A stretch of DNA of 64,000 nt from Camelus ferus (GCF_009834535.1 NC_045696.1:101434001-101498000); one strand, 5' to 3'. Numbered from the stretch's first letter, positions 14,471 through 28,120 are shown. Numbers and translations: made by a program. The notes: a model not told the origin generated them from the sequence alone.

Positions 14471-14742
14471 TCCCATAAGCAAACAGAAGGCCTTAAACCA
14501 GCTAAGTAGATTCAGGGTATATCATGGGGTCCTTGTTCGCCCCCTAGACTGAAGAGTTTGTACAGGCATGTCTCAGGCCGTGTGAGTTTCTGTAATACAT
14601 GAGTTGAAAAGAACATGATTGAACAATCAGGGAGCAAGACTGGCACTACTCCAGCAGCTGCTGGACAGAATGTTACTGTGACTGGGAAGAAGCACCTTGC
14701 TCAGTGGAAAAATGCTATTGAGTAAACAGAGTAGGAACTCAC

Positions 14743-15068
14743 ACCTGCTTGGTGTGCAGTAAATGGAAGCTCAGCTGGCGTCCTTTCTTCTGTTTCCTGC
14801 TGGAGGTTGTAAACAGCACCGGCACTCATTTTGATTGTTCAGAGTTTGTTGATTCTTGTCTGATCTTACATGCTCTTCAGAATTTTCCCAGGGATGTTCC
14901 ATTCCGCTTTAGGTTTGCCCGCTTTGATCAACCAGTGTATTATTTTTAGGTTTCCCCAAATATTACTATGGCCATTTTTTAAGATCTTTATTACCAAAAT
15001 TCTTGAAGGAAATATAATTTGGTTATTGCTGGTCTCCTATAACTTCCTCCCTCAATTGCCCCCACCTC
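14743..15068 (-). pseudogene. Pseudo-exon candidate (326 nt), polar and disordered-looking, multiply frameshifted
   Basis: ttttaattgtgcag| acceptor, |gtgagt donor. Confidence 0.35.
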
Positions 15069-15683
15069 CTGCACAATTAAAACAATTAGTTTCAGGACAC
15101 AATTTTTGAAAACGTGGATTGTTTTTAGTAATATTACTGGCATGTGCTAGCAAAAGAGATTTAATTCAAAATTCAGTATGTAATGTGGGAGCATTAAAGG
15201 TTTCTGAGCAGGTAAGTATTATATGAGGAATCGTGAATTAGAAAGATTAAACATCCTGTGCAGATGCTCTGCAGTGAGGAAAAAAGAAGAAACGGAGAAA
15301 AATAAGGATGAGTGAAAGATGCCTGCATTTGGAATCTATGTGTCTGGGAGAATAGCAGTGACATTAATAACCCCAACCATGAAGACATAAGGACAAATGT
15401 GATAAAAACAACATCTCAACTAACCATATTTTAAAAATACACGTAATTCTCCTGTCATGAAATTTCATTTTCTGTAACAAATTCCAATGTCACATTGTTT
15501 CCCCAAGGGGACACATTGCAGCCTGAAAAACTGCTTATAAGAAACAATCAGAATCAGCCTCTTAATAATTTAGCTGTTCCCATAGGCACCCTGTTTCTCT
15601 GTTTTCGAAGAGGCTGCACCTAAAGCTATGAATAGACAATTATGTGCAATGCCTATTTTAAAGTACCTCATGGTTAAACTCAC

Positions 15684-15712
15684 CTCTTGCTGTGTTACCA
15701 TGGAATTTAACT
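15684..15712 (-). pseudogene. Pseudo-microexon (29 nt): (E)LNSMVTQQE
   Basis: tttattattaag| acceptor, GAG|gtgagt donor; phase 1->0 fits the previous exon. Confidence 0.5.
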
Positions 15713-16097
15713 CTTAATAATAAAGCATAAAAGCAGTACTACAATCACACTTAAAAACTGATCTACTTATTGAAAATCTCTGTATCTCTTTGACTGATAT
15801 TACTCCCCACAATATATTTTCAATAATCAAAATTAGAATTAATTCCAATTAATTCTAATTGGAGATCAAATATTAATCCTAAGGCATTTTCTCACAGCCA
15901 CAGACCTTTGAAAATTAAAATTAATTATCTCATTATATCAATAACAAATCAAAGGTAAAATCTTCCATTATCAGAACAGGGTCTTTTCTATACAAGATAT
16001 AATTATCAATCTATTTTCCAAGACAGAAGCGTATTCCTGGCTATGTATAAATGTGCTTTTCTCATAATTGATAAATTATGGATTAGCCTCAACTCAC

Positions 16098-16255
16098 CTT
16101 CTGTAGATCGACAAATGTGTGGAAATCCTCAAAATGCAATAATCAATTGGAATATGTCTGAATAGTCTGAAGTTATCTCTTGACAAATTTCTTTGTTTTC
16201 TTCCAGGTTAGTTATGATGTGTGCAACCTCAGTTTGTGTCTATAGCAGACGTTTC
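16098..16255 (-). pseudogene. Pseudo-exon (158 nt): KRLL*TQTEVAHIITNLEENKEICQEITSDYSDIFQLIIAF*GFPHICRSTE
   Basis: ttcttacctcatag| acceptor, AAG|gtgagt donor; phase 2->1; amphipathic helical pattern. Confidence 0.6.
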
Positions 16256-19119
16256 CTATGAGGTAAGAACAGATTGCAGCATCAATGCATTGCCCAAGTT
16301 TATTTTGAATTCTAAACTTTATTCTTAAATCTTAACAAAATTATTACATTTGGTAAGGCTTATTTTACTATTTTCCAAGGCAGGAATAAATTTGATTACT
16401 CTGATAAATATCAGCTGAAAAGATTGAATAAGATTTTAATAAATGATCTGAATAGATAGATATGTGAGTAGTTTTTCCATATAAGCAAAATGTCATTGAA
16501 TAATTGACAATTCAACAAAGGTTTAATGATCATTGAGGTCTTTTTTTGTTTTCAGGATTCTTTCTACTATGTCCAAATCTCTATTTACACTGAGAAAGTA
16601 TACCTAGTTGCTTAACCATCTTTATTCATTTCTTCTTCCCGTGGCCATAAATGCATTGTTTTATTCCAGAGTTTTATTTAGGTTCATATAAGAGATCTGT
16701 AGGATTATAGCAATATCACCTATCTCACATTCAATGAAGATAACTGTTTCCCCTAAAATAAAAAAGCTGGTGTGTGTGCCCCCCCTTCACACACACACGC
16801 CAGCTTTTTCATGTTAGAGGAAATACCACACCAAAAGATAGCTCAAGGATGACTACAAAATATGACTCTACCATAATAAGACATCAGAGTAGCCCTGGGC
16901 ATACACCTACTGTAGAAAAACAGAGCTATTTTGATAAAGGGCTGTTTGAAGCAAATTGACTCTGAAGCGTTTGCTCCCTGGGGGCCAGGGCAGACTTGCC
17001 TGGTTCTCTTGGCTGCCACTGAGCCTACTTTTGGAAACAACACCTGATAAATAACCAGTCACCTGCCTTAAAGTCCCTTTGCCTTAAACAGAATTTAATC
17101 CCCTAAAACGATGGTTTTCTACTTTAGATGCATATCGAGTATCTGGGGAAATATATCTTGTTTTGGGAGTTATCCAAAACCCAATCAAATAAAAATTTCA
17201 AGATGGAAGTTGAAGCAGAATTCGGGGTGTTGTAAGAGTTGAGTTCTCTGTGGTTGAGAATCACTGCCCTAAGTCTATAAGGCCATATGTGCCCTATTCT
17301 CCTGGTCCAACTCATCTTGCTGAGTCTCAATCCTGCTTCAGTGAGATGCCCAAAGCCAACCCAAACCACCTGTTACTTGGTTTGCTGCTCCCAAGATACC
17401 AGATTGGGGCTGATGGTTGTGTTTTGATAAATACTTGTTAAAAATTAAGGATAGAGAATTTAGGGAAAGAATTAAAACATAGTCACAGAATAAAAGGACT
17501 GAAAGTAAGTTATTCTGAAACAAAGCAAGCAAACAAACAATGAAGAGTTCATGTATAATGTACAAGAGAACAGAACTAAGCCTTATTTGGGAAGCACACC
17601 ATACATAGGATAGAAACCTAAATCTTTACCCAGTTGTGAGTAAGGCTCCCCCGATCCAGATATCCATCTCTAACCATCCCTGAAGAGGCTATTTAACGCA
17701 AGACTTTGTAAAGACAGATATTGATTGACAGTGACTGAATGTGTTCAGTGGGACGAGAACAACACAGAGTCTGCTTCTGGATAAACACATACACAACCTA
17801 TACATGTGATGCATTTTTGTTATTAACTATGAGTTTCTCCTCTCTAACTAGTTGGTGACCTCCTTAACCTCATGAAAGCAAAGTAATTGCTTCTCATGAG
17901 CCAACTCCCATAGGTAGGCTGGAAATGACAACCTCCAGGATGAGCAGAGGAGGATTGTTGAGATGTGGTGGGATCCACAGGAAACAAAGCCCCCCATGGA
18001 ATCAGCAGTCCCTGTTACAGGTGAGGGGAGAGTGTACGTTGGCACCCAGCAATGTGCTTACTGACCCTGTCCTAGCCCTGTATGGAAAACCAACACCCAT
18101 GCTCCCAACCTCACTATTCTGGGTTGTTTTCCCCATCCCCTTTATCTGGTCCTACTTAATTTACTGATCCCTTTTCTATAGTCAGGAGTTCTAACACTCC
18201 TCACCATCTCACTATGAGCAGACATTTCCTCATATTTTATCTTTTAGGCTCACTGAAAAAAATTCTTAGTTATCTCCTTATTGTTAAGAGTTTAGACTCT
18301 AAGTAAGCAGCCCTTAATGACTGTTTTATTTTGGGAGATGGGGGAGGGAAAGGAACTGTAGGGGAGGCAAGTTCTAAGAATTTTTGATCTTAATTTAAAA
18401 GACCTGAAGAGTGTCCCTTTCTCTTTTTTTCTAATATATTTTGGAAAATGTTTGCCACCAATAACATATTTTCCAGAAATAGCCTTGTTTTTCTTTTTGT
18501 AAAGCACTATCTCCCTGTCTTCTTCTCTCCCTACTTGGAGCTGACCTGCCATGGTGGGAAGGGATTTCTATTCTGCTTTGGGTCTGAGTGGAAAAAAGCA
18601 ACTTCCAATTCAAATCTAAGTGAAAAACACACCTCTACCAGCAGCTAGGGACCCTGTGCAGACCTCCTTCTACTTAGACTACACTAAAATTATTGTGGAA
18701 ATCGTGACCTGAACTCCTCCAGCATGTTTATTCAGCTATTTCGTAAGTAATAGTTAGTTTCATCCAACATAATTTTTGTCAGTATTAACATATTTCTCAG
18801 TCCCACACATAAAATCTATGAGACAGAAAAGCTGATTAAAAATACAATAGAATGGCTGTATTTTAGAAAGTGTCTGTAAATTTAATATAGAACCTACAAT
18901 GAAAAACTAGGGCATACTATTTGGTACCTAAATATTCTGTATCCTGTTTCTTAAAGGATTTTTTTTCTAATGTTATTAAATTCATACAAACATGCTGTCC
19001 AAGTAAAGAATGTCATCTTCCATATTCTGGATAGAATTTAGAAGAGTTTTAAATAAATTTATGATACGAAATGAAGCTATCTTTGATTAATTAAGATGCT
19101 ACGATGATGGAAATATTTT

Positions 19120-21420
19120 AAAGATCTAGTCTTATTGAAAAAGCAGACAAAACTGTAGCAATACTGATCAATGAAAAATGAAAAAACAGCAAATTAAATA
19201 GCATTAGGAACAAGAAATGAGTTAATCACTGTAGATTAAGTAGAGATCTCTTCAATCATAAAATAGTAGTGAGAGAAACATTATCCCAATAAATCTGAAA
19301 AAAAAAATAGATTAAGAAATAGTTTCCTGGTAAATTATACCTTACCAAAATAAAATAAGAAAGAGAAAACTTGAATTGACCTGCAATCATTTAAAGTTTG
19401 TTAAAAATGTATTTCTCATGAATTTCTGTTTAATGAAAGGCACTGTTGAGAGAATAAAAGACAAGTCATAGAAAACAAGAATGAAAAAGGAAGTCAAAGA
19501 ACAGAAAATATTTGTATAAATATAATCTAAAGACCTCAAACTCAGAACATTACATATGTGTGTATATATATGTGTGTATATATGTATGTATGTGTAGTTA
19601 CATTTTCCTGTAACTTTTGAGAGAAAAAAAAAACAAACATCCAATAGAAAATAGGCAAAGTATTTGAATGAGTAGTTCAGAAAAGAGGATATCCAAATGG
19701 CCGATAAACACACAAAGGTATTTTCAATTTCTTTAGTGATAAGGGAAATGCAAATTAAAACTTCAGTGAGATAGCACTACTCATTCACTGAGATGGTCAA
19801 AATTAAAAGACTAACAACACTAAGTGATGACAAGAATGTGAAGCAACTGGAACTCATGTACAGCTGGTGAGACTGTAAACTGGTTCAGCTTCTGTGGAAA
19901 ACTGGCAGTATCCACTAAAGATTCCTTATGCATTCCCCATGGCTCAGAAATTCTACTTCTGGGCATATGCTCAACTGAAGTGTGTGCGTGTATGGTGGTC
20001 TTTATGTGTATGTGTATAAAAATACTAAAAGAACATTTATAGTAGACTGTAAGAACCATATACTAGAACAACCCAAATATCCATTAACATTAAAATAGAT
20101 GAATAAATTATATTAAAAGGGCTTTGTTAGTGTTGAAATAGTCACAACATCATTGGTGACTAGCTTCCTTCCAAGTGACATAACAGCAAAGCAAATATGA
20201 AACACACATCATTTCCCTGAAGCGCTAGCATGTTGAAATCCAAAATATCACTATAGTTTCCTATTTGGAAGGAAAAGAACATAGCTTGAGTGATGAACGA
20301 ATCAAATGGGATATCAGATGCCCAAAAAAACCCTATAATATATTCACATGAGGGAATATTAAAAAATTATGAAAAAGAATGAACTACAGCTCATTCAGTA
20401 ATATGTATTTCATAAAAGTAACAGTGAGCAAAAGAAGCCACGGGCAAAAGAGTTCATCGTATATGATGTCACTTATATAAAGTTCAAAGCTAATCGATGG
20501 TGCTTTAAAGAAACTTTTTGTTCAACTTTGAGCACGCGCACTTGAATGTACACGCTGAACAACGCTATGCTCTGGAATTCCATACAACGCATTCTGGATT
20601 TGTTTGAAACCAGACTTCCAGGTAGCAGTAAAGTGAAACCTGGGAGTGACCACTTGCAAAGAAGAGTTTACAAACTACCTTGTAAGCCACCCAGAGACCT
20701 GAACTCCAAAAGTTGCCTGATTTTGTACTTTCTCCTTTTTAAATCTGTATCAAGCTCTTCCAGTTTTCACACAGAGAAACTGCATTTGTACTTGAATGGT
20801 GTCTCTTCTTTGCCTAGCAAGCAAGTAAATTTAGCTTTATTTTAGATTATTATTTAGCAGTCTTTACTTTTTTTTAACTTAATGGTTGGCAGAAGTCAGG
20901 ATACCGAAGGCACATAAAGGGAAGTCACACGGTGAGCTTGTGAGGTGCTGATAAAATTCTAGTTTTCAATCTGTGGTGGTTACATAGCTGTGTTAATTCT
21001 ATGGAAATTTTTTGGGCTCTGCATTTATAATTTTAGTGTATGTTATGATTCAACAAAAGTCACTTTAAGAAATAAGAACTGTGTAGCAGTTAAAGATGTT
21101 CTGAACAGAACAAAACAAAAACTACCTCTCAAAAGCACACCAGGCTGAGATGATTTATGGGCAAGTTCCATTAAACTTTTAAGGAACAAGTAGTTCCTAA
21201 CCTTGCTTCAAAGAATAAAACTATAAAGACTCTGCCCTTATTCATTTTATTTCCAGGTTAGTATAACCTTGATAGCAAAAACTAGACTATGTTAGGAAAG
21301 CAATTTATGAACAGATCTCACATATGAATATGACACCAAAATCTTTTTAAAAAATCTAAATTTAGCAGAAAAATGAACAAACCAGCAACACAGAAGTATT
21401 AGAGACGAAAAAAAAAAAAA
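19120..21420 (+). mobile_element. Old L1 (L1M) ORF2 and 3' fragments
   Basis: agggaaatgcaaattaaaac; ctgtggaaaactggcagtatc. Confidence 0.8.
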
Positions 21421-21772
21421 AAACCAGTGAAAATTCATCTATCCAGAATCAGAATTTAGGTTCAGTACGTTTCATATATGTACCCTATGTAACCTCATAT
21501 AATTTAGATATTCATGAATATAGTATTAGAATCTCAGAAACATCTAAAGATACATGGAGATCTTGCATTAATACTTTTCTTTAAAAAAGATCTGATTTCT
21601 CCATTACCCAGTTAACCTTTTTCCTAAGAAGCAATGTGGATTAAGAGCATGGAGGGAGTGGGGCAATGCCTGGTTACTCTGTTTATCTATTCGCCATACT
21701 CCTGAAGGGAGCAAAGCCTGCCAATGAGGCTGGCTGCTCCAAATCAGAGGGAACACCTGCCTGTGCCCGGCA

Positions 21773-21952
21773 CAGCGGTCCTCAGAGTGTGGCCGCCAGA
21801 CCAGCAGCATCAGTACCACCTGGGACTTGTTAGAAATGGTATTTTCAGGCCCCAAGTAAGACTTGACTAAATCAGGAACTGAGCTGGGGCCCCAGTCATG
21901 TTTAACAAGCTCTCTGGAGATTCTGACACAATTTAAGGTCTAAGAACCACTG
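21773..21952. mobile_element. MER5A-type hAT-Charlie MITE
   Basis: cagcggtcctca...agaaccactg TIRs; internal agcagcatcag...cttgttagaaatg. Confidence 0.85.
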
Positions 21953-22174
21953 ACCTGGAGTAACAGCCTCTGTTGCAAACAGGCAAGTTCTGTTTCTGCT
22001 GCCATATCTTCTTCTTTCTGTTTAGTCCAGGAAACAAAACAACCGTAAAGGAAGAAAGTAGCAAAAGGAGGTGTGTCCCCCTACCAAAGCAGGATAACTT
22101 TCCAACAGAAATGGAGAGAACAGAACTCATGTCCAGCTTTTCTAACCATAGTGTGAAATAGGAAAACAACTTAC

Positions 22175-22244
22175 GAAAATGTATTTTGAGTTACTTGGCT
22201 TCAGGCTTTTTGAGTATCAACTTTTACTATTTTTTAATTACATT
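22175..22244 (-). pseudogene. Pseudo-exon (70 nt): NVIKK/IVKVDTQKA*SQVTQNTF
   Basis: |gtaagt donor, weak acceptor; needs one extra A in an A-run; the phase-2 end fits the next exon. Confidence 0.4.
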
Positions 22245-22491
22245 CTATATATAGTAACCGTAGAAAATAAGATAATATAGATAAGGACACAAAATAAAAC
22301 TATAAGCCTATAATCTCATCATCTACAGACAATATCTTTTAAATGACTTATAAATTAATTTAATAATGTTTTAATAAATGACAGGGCAAGCTATACATCA
22401 TTACTCTTGTTTCATAATTGTCCTAAGTGTATTTATTATGATCCTTTGGTGATCACTCTTTCAGGTTTTAAATAAAAGCTGGTAACATACA

Positions 22492-22601
22492 ATACCTTGA
22501 TTCTGGGCTTCTGGACTCCTGAACTGGGCAAAGAACACATTTCCATTGTTTTAAGCCACCCAACTTGTGGTAATTTGTTATAAGAGCCCTCAAAAACTAA
22601 T
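22492..22601 (+). mobile_element. MLT1 LTR 3' fragment
   Basis: ttgttttaagccacccaacttgtggtaatttgtta. Confidence 0.8.
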
Positions 22602-22619
22602 CTAGTGATGAAATTATTT

Positions 22620-23420
22620 TGTCTTTCAAACAGACATCAAATTGATCCAGTACCATTTATTGAAACACCATACTTCGCCCACAACTCTGCACTGTCACCT
22701 TTGTCAGGAATCAGGCAACTAAAAATTTGGGTCTGTTTCAGGATTCTCTATTCTGTTTCATTGATCTGTACCATATCATCTTAATTACTATTGTTTTATA
22801 AGAGCTATTTTTCTCCTGGAAATTTAAGTCCTTTAGCCTTGTTTTTCTCCAAGATTATCTTGTTTTTTTTCTTATGATATTCATTTCAATATAAATTTTA
22901 CAATCAGCAATTTCAATAAAAAATCCTCAATTGAGAGAAGATTGGCATCTTTACAATATGAAGACTTTCAACTCATCAACAGGATATATCCTTTCATTAA
23001 GTTATATATACATTAACTGCTTTTAACAAAGTTTTGTGGATTTCAGTATAAACAGTTTGTACATTTCTTTTGGCCTAATTGTTCTATTTTTGGTCCTTTG
23101 TGATATTATCATGATGTCATTTTTAGAAATGCTCATTCTCTACTTATTGCCTAAATATACAGAAATACAAAATATTTTTACATATTGATCTTGTATCCAG
23201 TGACTTTGCTATTTTCCTTATGTAATTTTCATCCAAGATAAACTTGGATTCTCTTGAATTTCTATGACTATGATTGTGTCATCACACAGAGTGACAGTTT
23301 TATTTCTTCATTCTCAATCTGTACAGTTTCTACTTTTTCTTGCTTTATTGTATTGGCCAGAAATCCATGAAGAGGATAAATAAAAGTGGCAATGGTGGGC
23401 AAACTTATTTTGTTTCAGCC
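22620..23420 (-). mobile_element. Old L1 ORF2 fragment
   Basis: ccagtaccatttattgaaa; attgatcttgtatccagtgactttgct. Confidence 0.75.
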
Positions 23421-25064
23421 TTTTCCCCAGCTCAAGTCTGGTATGAACCAGAATGTCTGCTCACTGAGTTCCTCTGAGTCTTCCCAGTGGAGGAAGAGGA
23501 TGAGGAAGGAGGTGCAGGGAAGGTCTGCCTTGATGGGTTGTCTTCTACCATTGCATTGCTCTCATCTGGTCAGAGCAGATATTCAAGTCAGACTCAGGAC
23601 TCTCTGAAGATTCCTCAGCACTGATAATCTCCTCTGTCATCTCTGTAGGCAGGCAGTGCCTCCTTGGTTTGTCTATAATTCTACACAGATTTCCTCTGCT
23701 TAGCTCTCATCCTCATTCACCTTCCAGGAAGCCCTCTCGGTTCCAGCCCCTGTAAGATGGCTCTACACCAGCCCCCTTCCCATGCTTGCACCACAGGAAG
23801 TATCCATGCAGCCTTTGCCCCTTCAAACCATGGAAGGGCCAAAGGGGCCATCTCTTCTTACTCTCTCATGAAAACCACCAGCCAGCCTGTCTCCCCCTTC
23901 AGGATTTTCTGGCTGTAGATCTAACATGGATATCTAAACCTCATCAACTCCAGAGGACACAGGTCAACAGTCTGAGTGGTTTCCTTGAAGTCTTTCTCAC
24001 TAGGCCTGAATTAAGCTGGGTGTATGCTGCCCCCTTCACCGGCGACATCAAGGGAACAGAAGATGCAGCAGTACTCCCGACTCTCTCAGAAGACTCTCTC
24101 TCCTTGCTTTATTTAAAATGAGTATTGAGCTAAGGATAACAAACCTATTTCCGACCAGCTTTCCTCTACTTCTCCCCACCTTCACTTGGAATACTTTTTT
24201 TTGTTTTTGAAAAATCTTCAGACACTAAGATGGAAGAAATCAGTTTTATTCTTGTATTTTGAGCACATGTAAACACTGGCCCATTTATACATTGACAAGT
24301 TTGTATTTTGGGTTTTATTTAAAAAAGCTCTTAATAATTAAGAATATCTAACCCTGTGTCATAATTGTCACCATTTTCCCAATTTAATATGGCATCTGTT
24401 TTTATTATCTGCGTTATGAAAAACTCATGGAGTAATTTAGACGAAAACATTGTGTACAAAACCTTGTATTTGGTTGCTACTTACTCAACAAAACAAATTA
24501 TGCGAGAAAATTTATAAAATAAAATAGACTAGTGTCATATGATGCTCTGTCTAAAGCTAAAAACCATCATATTAAACCACTATATCTTGGACTTTAACTC
24601 TTCCCTCCAAGTACTCAGGACCTATGTACATTTCTGAAGACTTGTATCCTTCCTGTCCTGCTCTGGGTACAGAAAGCTTCGCTTTGGTGTTAAGCACTGT
24701 TTTTCTAAGGTAGAACATTGCCTAAATTGCCTTACTTCTTAGCCTGTAATAACAATGCTTGGACCTTACACTGACAGAGTATTCATTAGACATACTACAC
24801 TGGTCAGGGCTAAAAACAAAACAAAACAAAACTTCTCTTCAGCTTTTGTTGGTTAACTGTGGAAGAAGGGTTCCATTTCCATGGCAGTTATGTAAACAAC
24901 ATCTCTCTTGCATAACAATGCTCTTACTCTGAAAAGATTTAGCTGGCCCACATGCCTAGGCTGCATGAAGACAGTAATTAGCCCTTCGAATGTTGCAAAT
25001 CAAGACAACTCTGCGTGTTCTTCTCCATAGAGAACTAATATTATTCTGCAAATTAGTCTTTTAC

Positions 25065-25150
25065 CTTCCAGCAGGGTCCAAGTTGAAATGTTACTTCAGA
25101 AGTCTTTTGAAGGGGGAGGTAAACCAAATCTTCCATCCTTTGCTTCTTAA
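25065..25150 (-). pseudogene. Pseudo-exon (86 nt): KKQRMEDLVYLPLQKTSEVTFQLGPCWK
   Basis: tattttaaaag| acceptor, AAG|gtaaaa donor; open frame, phase 1->0, continues the 30.6 kb exon. Confidence 0.55.
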
Positions 25151-25852
25151 CTTTTAAAATATACATTAAAGCAACAGAATAAACTCTTAGTCTTTTTTTT
25201 TTTTCTTTTTTTACCTATTGGGTTTCCTCACACACTAATTAGGTCAATCCTCTGATGGTACAAAACTTAAAAGACTTCCTCACTTTTATCAGTCTACTTT
25301 ATTTTTAGAGAAAAACATTTTCTAAATTGCATTAGTGTAAAAATTGGGAAGTGATTCATTCATCGTAACACGGTTATCCATATTTCTCATTTCAAATAAT
25401 CATGTCTTTTAGGTCACGAAAAAATGCAAGGATGAATATTTCCTCTGTTGATACTGTACTTTCAAAAAAATAAAATAATACCTCTAACACAAATACAAAG
25501 ATGTCTACTTTCAGACTCTGTGTCTCTTCTGGCTCTTGCTGTTTACTATTCTCTCTTCAGTCTTCAAACATCAGAGTTTCTGAAGCCCGATAACTTGCCC
25601 TTTTCCATGCTGAGTGGTCTATACGCTCAGTCTCTAGGTGACTTCATCCTCCCCATGGACTTAGTTAAATCTCTTGCATTTATATCTCAGGACAGATGCC
25701 TCTGAGGTTCACACAGACACAGGCAATCACAATTTCTCTGTTCATTGACGTTTACCACCAATCTCAATTGCTTCATTCCCAAAACCGAACCCCAGTTTTG
25801 GCTGCACTAATCTGGTCCTCCTCAAAGATTCTTCATCTCGGCAAGAAACTTT

Positions 25853-26195
25853 GTCTTTGTTGGCTGCTGGAACCAATACCCTAGACTGGGTGGCTTACAC
25901 AACAGTTATTTCTCACAGTTCTAGAGACTTGGAAGTCCGAGATCAAGGTGCCTACAGACTCAGAGTCCGGTGAGGACCCACTTCCTTGTTTGCCTTATTA
26001 CTCTATCCTCACATGTCAGAGAGAGAGAACATCTCTCTTCTGTCTTCTTATAAGGGCACTAATCTCATTCATGAGGGCGCTATTCTCAAGATCTAATTAC
26101 CTCACAAGGGTCCCATCTCCTAATGCCACTGCACAGGTATCTGAACAACCTATAAATTCGGGTGTGTGGAGAACACAAACATTCAGTCCATAGCA
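25853..26195 (-). mobile_element. MLT1A-type LTR inserted in L2
   Basis: ttatttctcacagttctagag...ggaagtccgagatcaaggtg...acattcagtccatagca. Confidence 0.85.
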
Positions 26196-26691
26196 AACTT
26201 GGAATCATCCTTGATACCTCTTCTTCTCTTTCTATATAGATTCAGTCACCTCCTAAAAAAGCTCCCAATTGTGCCCACTTCTCTCCAACAAACACTGCCA
26301 CCCTAGTGTAAGTGACTTTGATTACTTACTGGGAGACTAATAGAATGATACCTTCCTAAATGTCCTGTTGGCACCACTGTATTATTCTACATACTCTAGC
26401 CTTTGTTGGTATTTTAAAATTTAAGTCCAATCATGTCATCCTTAGATTTATCTAAACACCTTTGGAGCTCCCTATTTTTCTTAGAATAAAGCTAGAATAT
26501 ACTTAAGCTCCCTATGATCTGACCCCTGGTCTCTCTCACTGGTCTGATTTGACCTGCTCACCTTTCTTACTGTGTTACCTTTTCTTTCCTTGTTGAGAGT
26601 ACTTCCATCACTATCCCACCTCAGGGCTTTCATACATGTCATCACCCGGACCCAGTGCTCTGTTTTCTCCTCACACTCCCTTTACCTAATT

Positions 26692-27060
26692 GATGTCACA
26701 AAGATGTGACACTCAAGTCCCCTCAAGGAGGAATTTGTTTTCTCAGTGGCTGGGAGTACCATTGACAGACAGTTTCAACTGTTAGCCTGTTCAGGAATTG
26801 CCTCAGCAGCAGGGAACTTTCTTGCCCAAGGTCACACCGTTTTGGAGAGGCCCACAACGAATGACTGATGGAAGTGGAACAGAACGGAACAACTCTGATG
26901 GGACAGTGTAGCTTCCAATCTCCCTGTGAGGTTGGCTGAGACCTGCATCACAGCTTGACTTCTCCCTCCGCTGAATCCTGTTCCTTTCCCTTCCTTCCAC
27001 AAATGTGGGTCCTGACTCTCTCTAGTAAACAATCTGCCCAATAATCACAGCCTGCTTCCA
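26692..27060 (+). mobile_element. LTR16-like ERVL LTR
   Basis: ctccctgtgaggttggctgag...cttccttccacaaatgtg. Confidence 0.6.
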
Positions 27061-27111
27061 GTCACTCCTCCTCCAGACGTCTGCTTAGATGTCACTTCCT
27101 GAAGGAAGCTA

Positions 27112-27572
27112 TGTACTAGTTTTTCAGGGTTGCCAAAACAAATACCCACAAACTCGGTGACTCCTAACAGCAAAAATGTATCCTCTCATATGTCTGGAGA
27201 TTAGAACACTGAAATCAGTGTTCTGGCTGGGCTATGCTCCTCTGAGTGCTCTGGGGGAGGATCCTTCCCACCTCTAAAAGCTTCTAGTGGTAGCTGGCAA
27301 TCCCCTGCATTCCTTGGCTTATAGATGCATTACTCCAGTCTCTGCCTTCATCTTCACATGGCCTCCTCCCCTGTGTGTCTGTGTTTCTGTGTACAAATCT
27401 CCCTCTTCTTATAAGGACACCAGTCATACTAGATTTAGGGCCCACCCAAACCAGGTATGACCTCATCTTACCTTGATGACTGCAAAGTTTCTATCTCTAA
27501 ATAAGATTGCATTCACTGGTTCCAAGGGTTAGGGCTTCACCAGATCTTTTTGGAGACACAACTGAACTCATG
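27112..27572 (-). mobile_element. MLT1B/C-type LTR
   Basis: gcattccttggcttatagatgcattactccagtctctgcc...ttataaggacaccagtcat. Confidence 0.85.
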
Positions 27573-27639
27573 AGCTGTATTACTGAGGACATATTTGGAT
27601 GTAAGCAACATAAATTGTAGTAAATATCTGTCATTCTTT

Positions 27640-28120
27640 CTTGTGACAGAACATCTTTGAACAGTTTCCTGCTATTAAGGTATTTTCCTAATACTCACCA
27701 TGCAAGTCCAGCATCTGTGTTCTCAGCCTTCTTTGCAGTACAGATGAAGACATGTGACTTCTGTCATCAGACACTCCTGTCAAACACAGAATTGGAAGCC
27801 AGTGGTGTAAAGAAGCATTCTCTGTAAAGGATCTATTTTGGGAAGTGACAGAGACATCCAATTTCCAGAGGCGGGAGAGTCAGAGTCTAGGTACTGTCAA
27901 CTGCAAACCCACATTGTGTGTTTCCAAGGGCAGTAGCTGAGGTCCCTTCAGTAGACCAGTTATGGATGGTAATTCTGGGCACTGATCCTGGATGTGTAGC
28001 TTCTAAGCATGGCTCTCTGGCCAGCCCAGAGAGTCAGTAAGTTTTATAATATCTTTTTGAAACTGCCTTTCTTCTTAAACTAGTGGGAACATGTATGATG
28101 TGCAACTAAGCCCCTAACTT
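27640..28120 (+). mobile_element. LTR33-like ERVL LTR nested in an older MLT1-like element (approx. 27575-28720)
   Basis: ctttcttcttaaactagtgg...tgcaactaag 3' end; family recalled from memory. Confidence 0.5.

Noticed and set aside
16098..16255. In-frame TGA codons as selenocysteine or readthrough
   Set aside because: TAG and TAA stops and frameshifts also occur in the exon chain, and no SECIS was seen. Decay is the simpler explanation.
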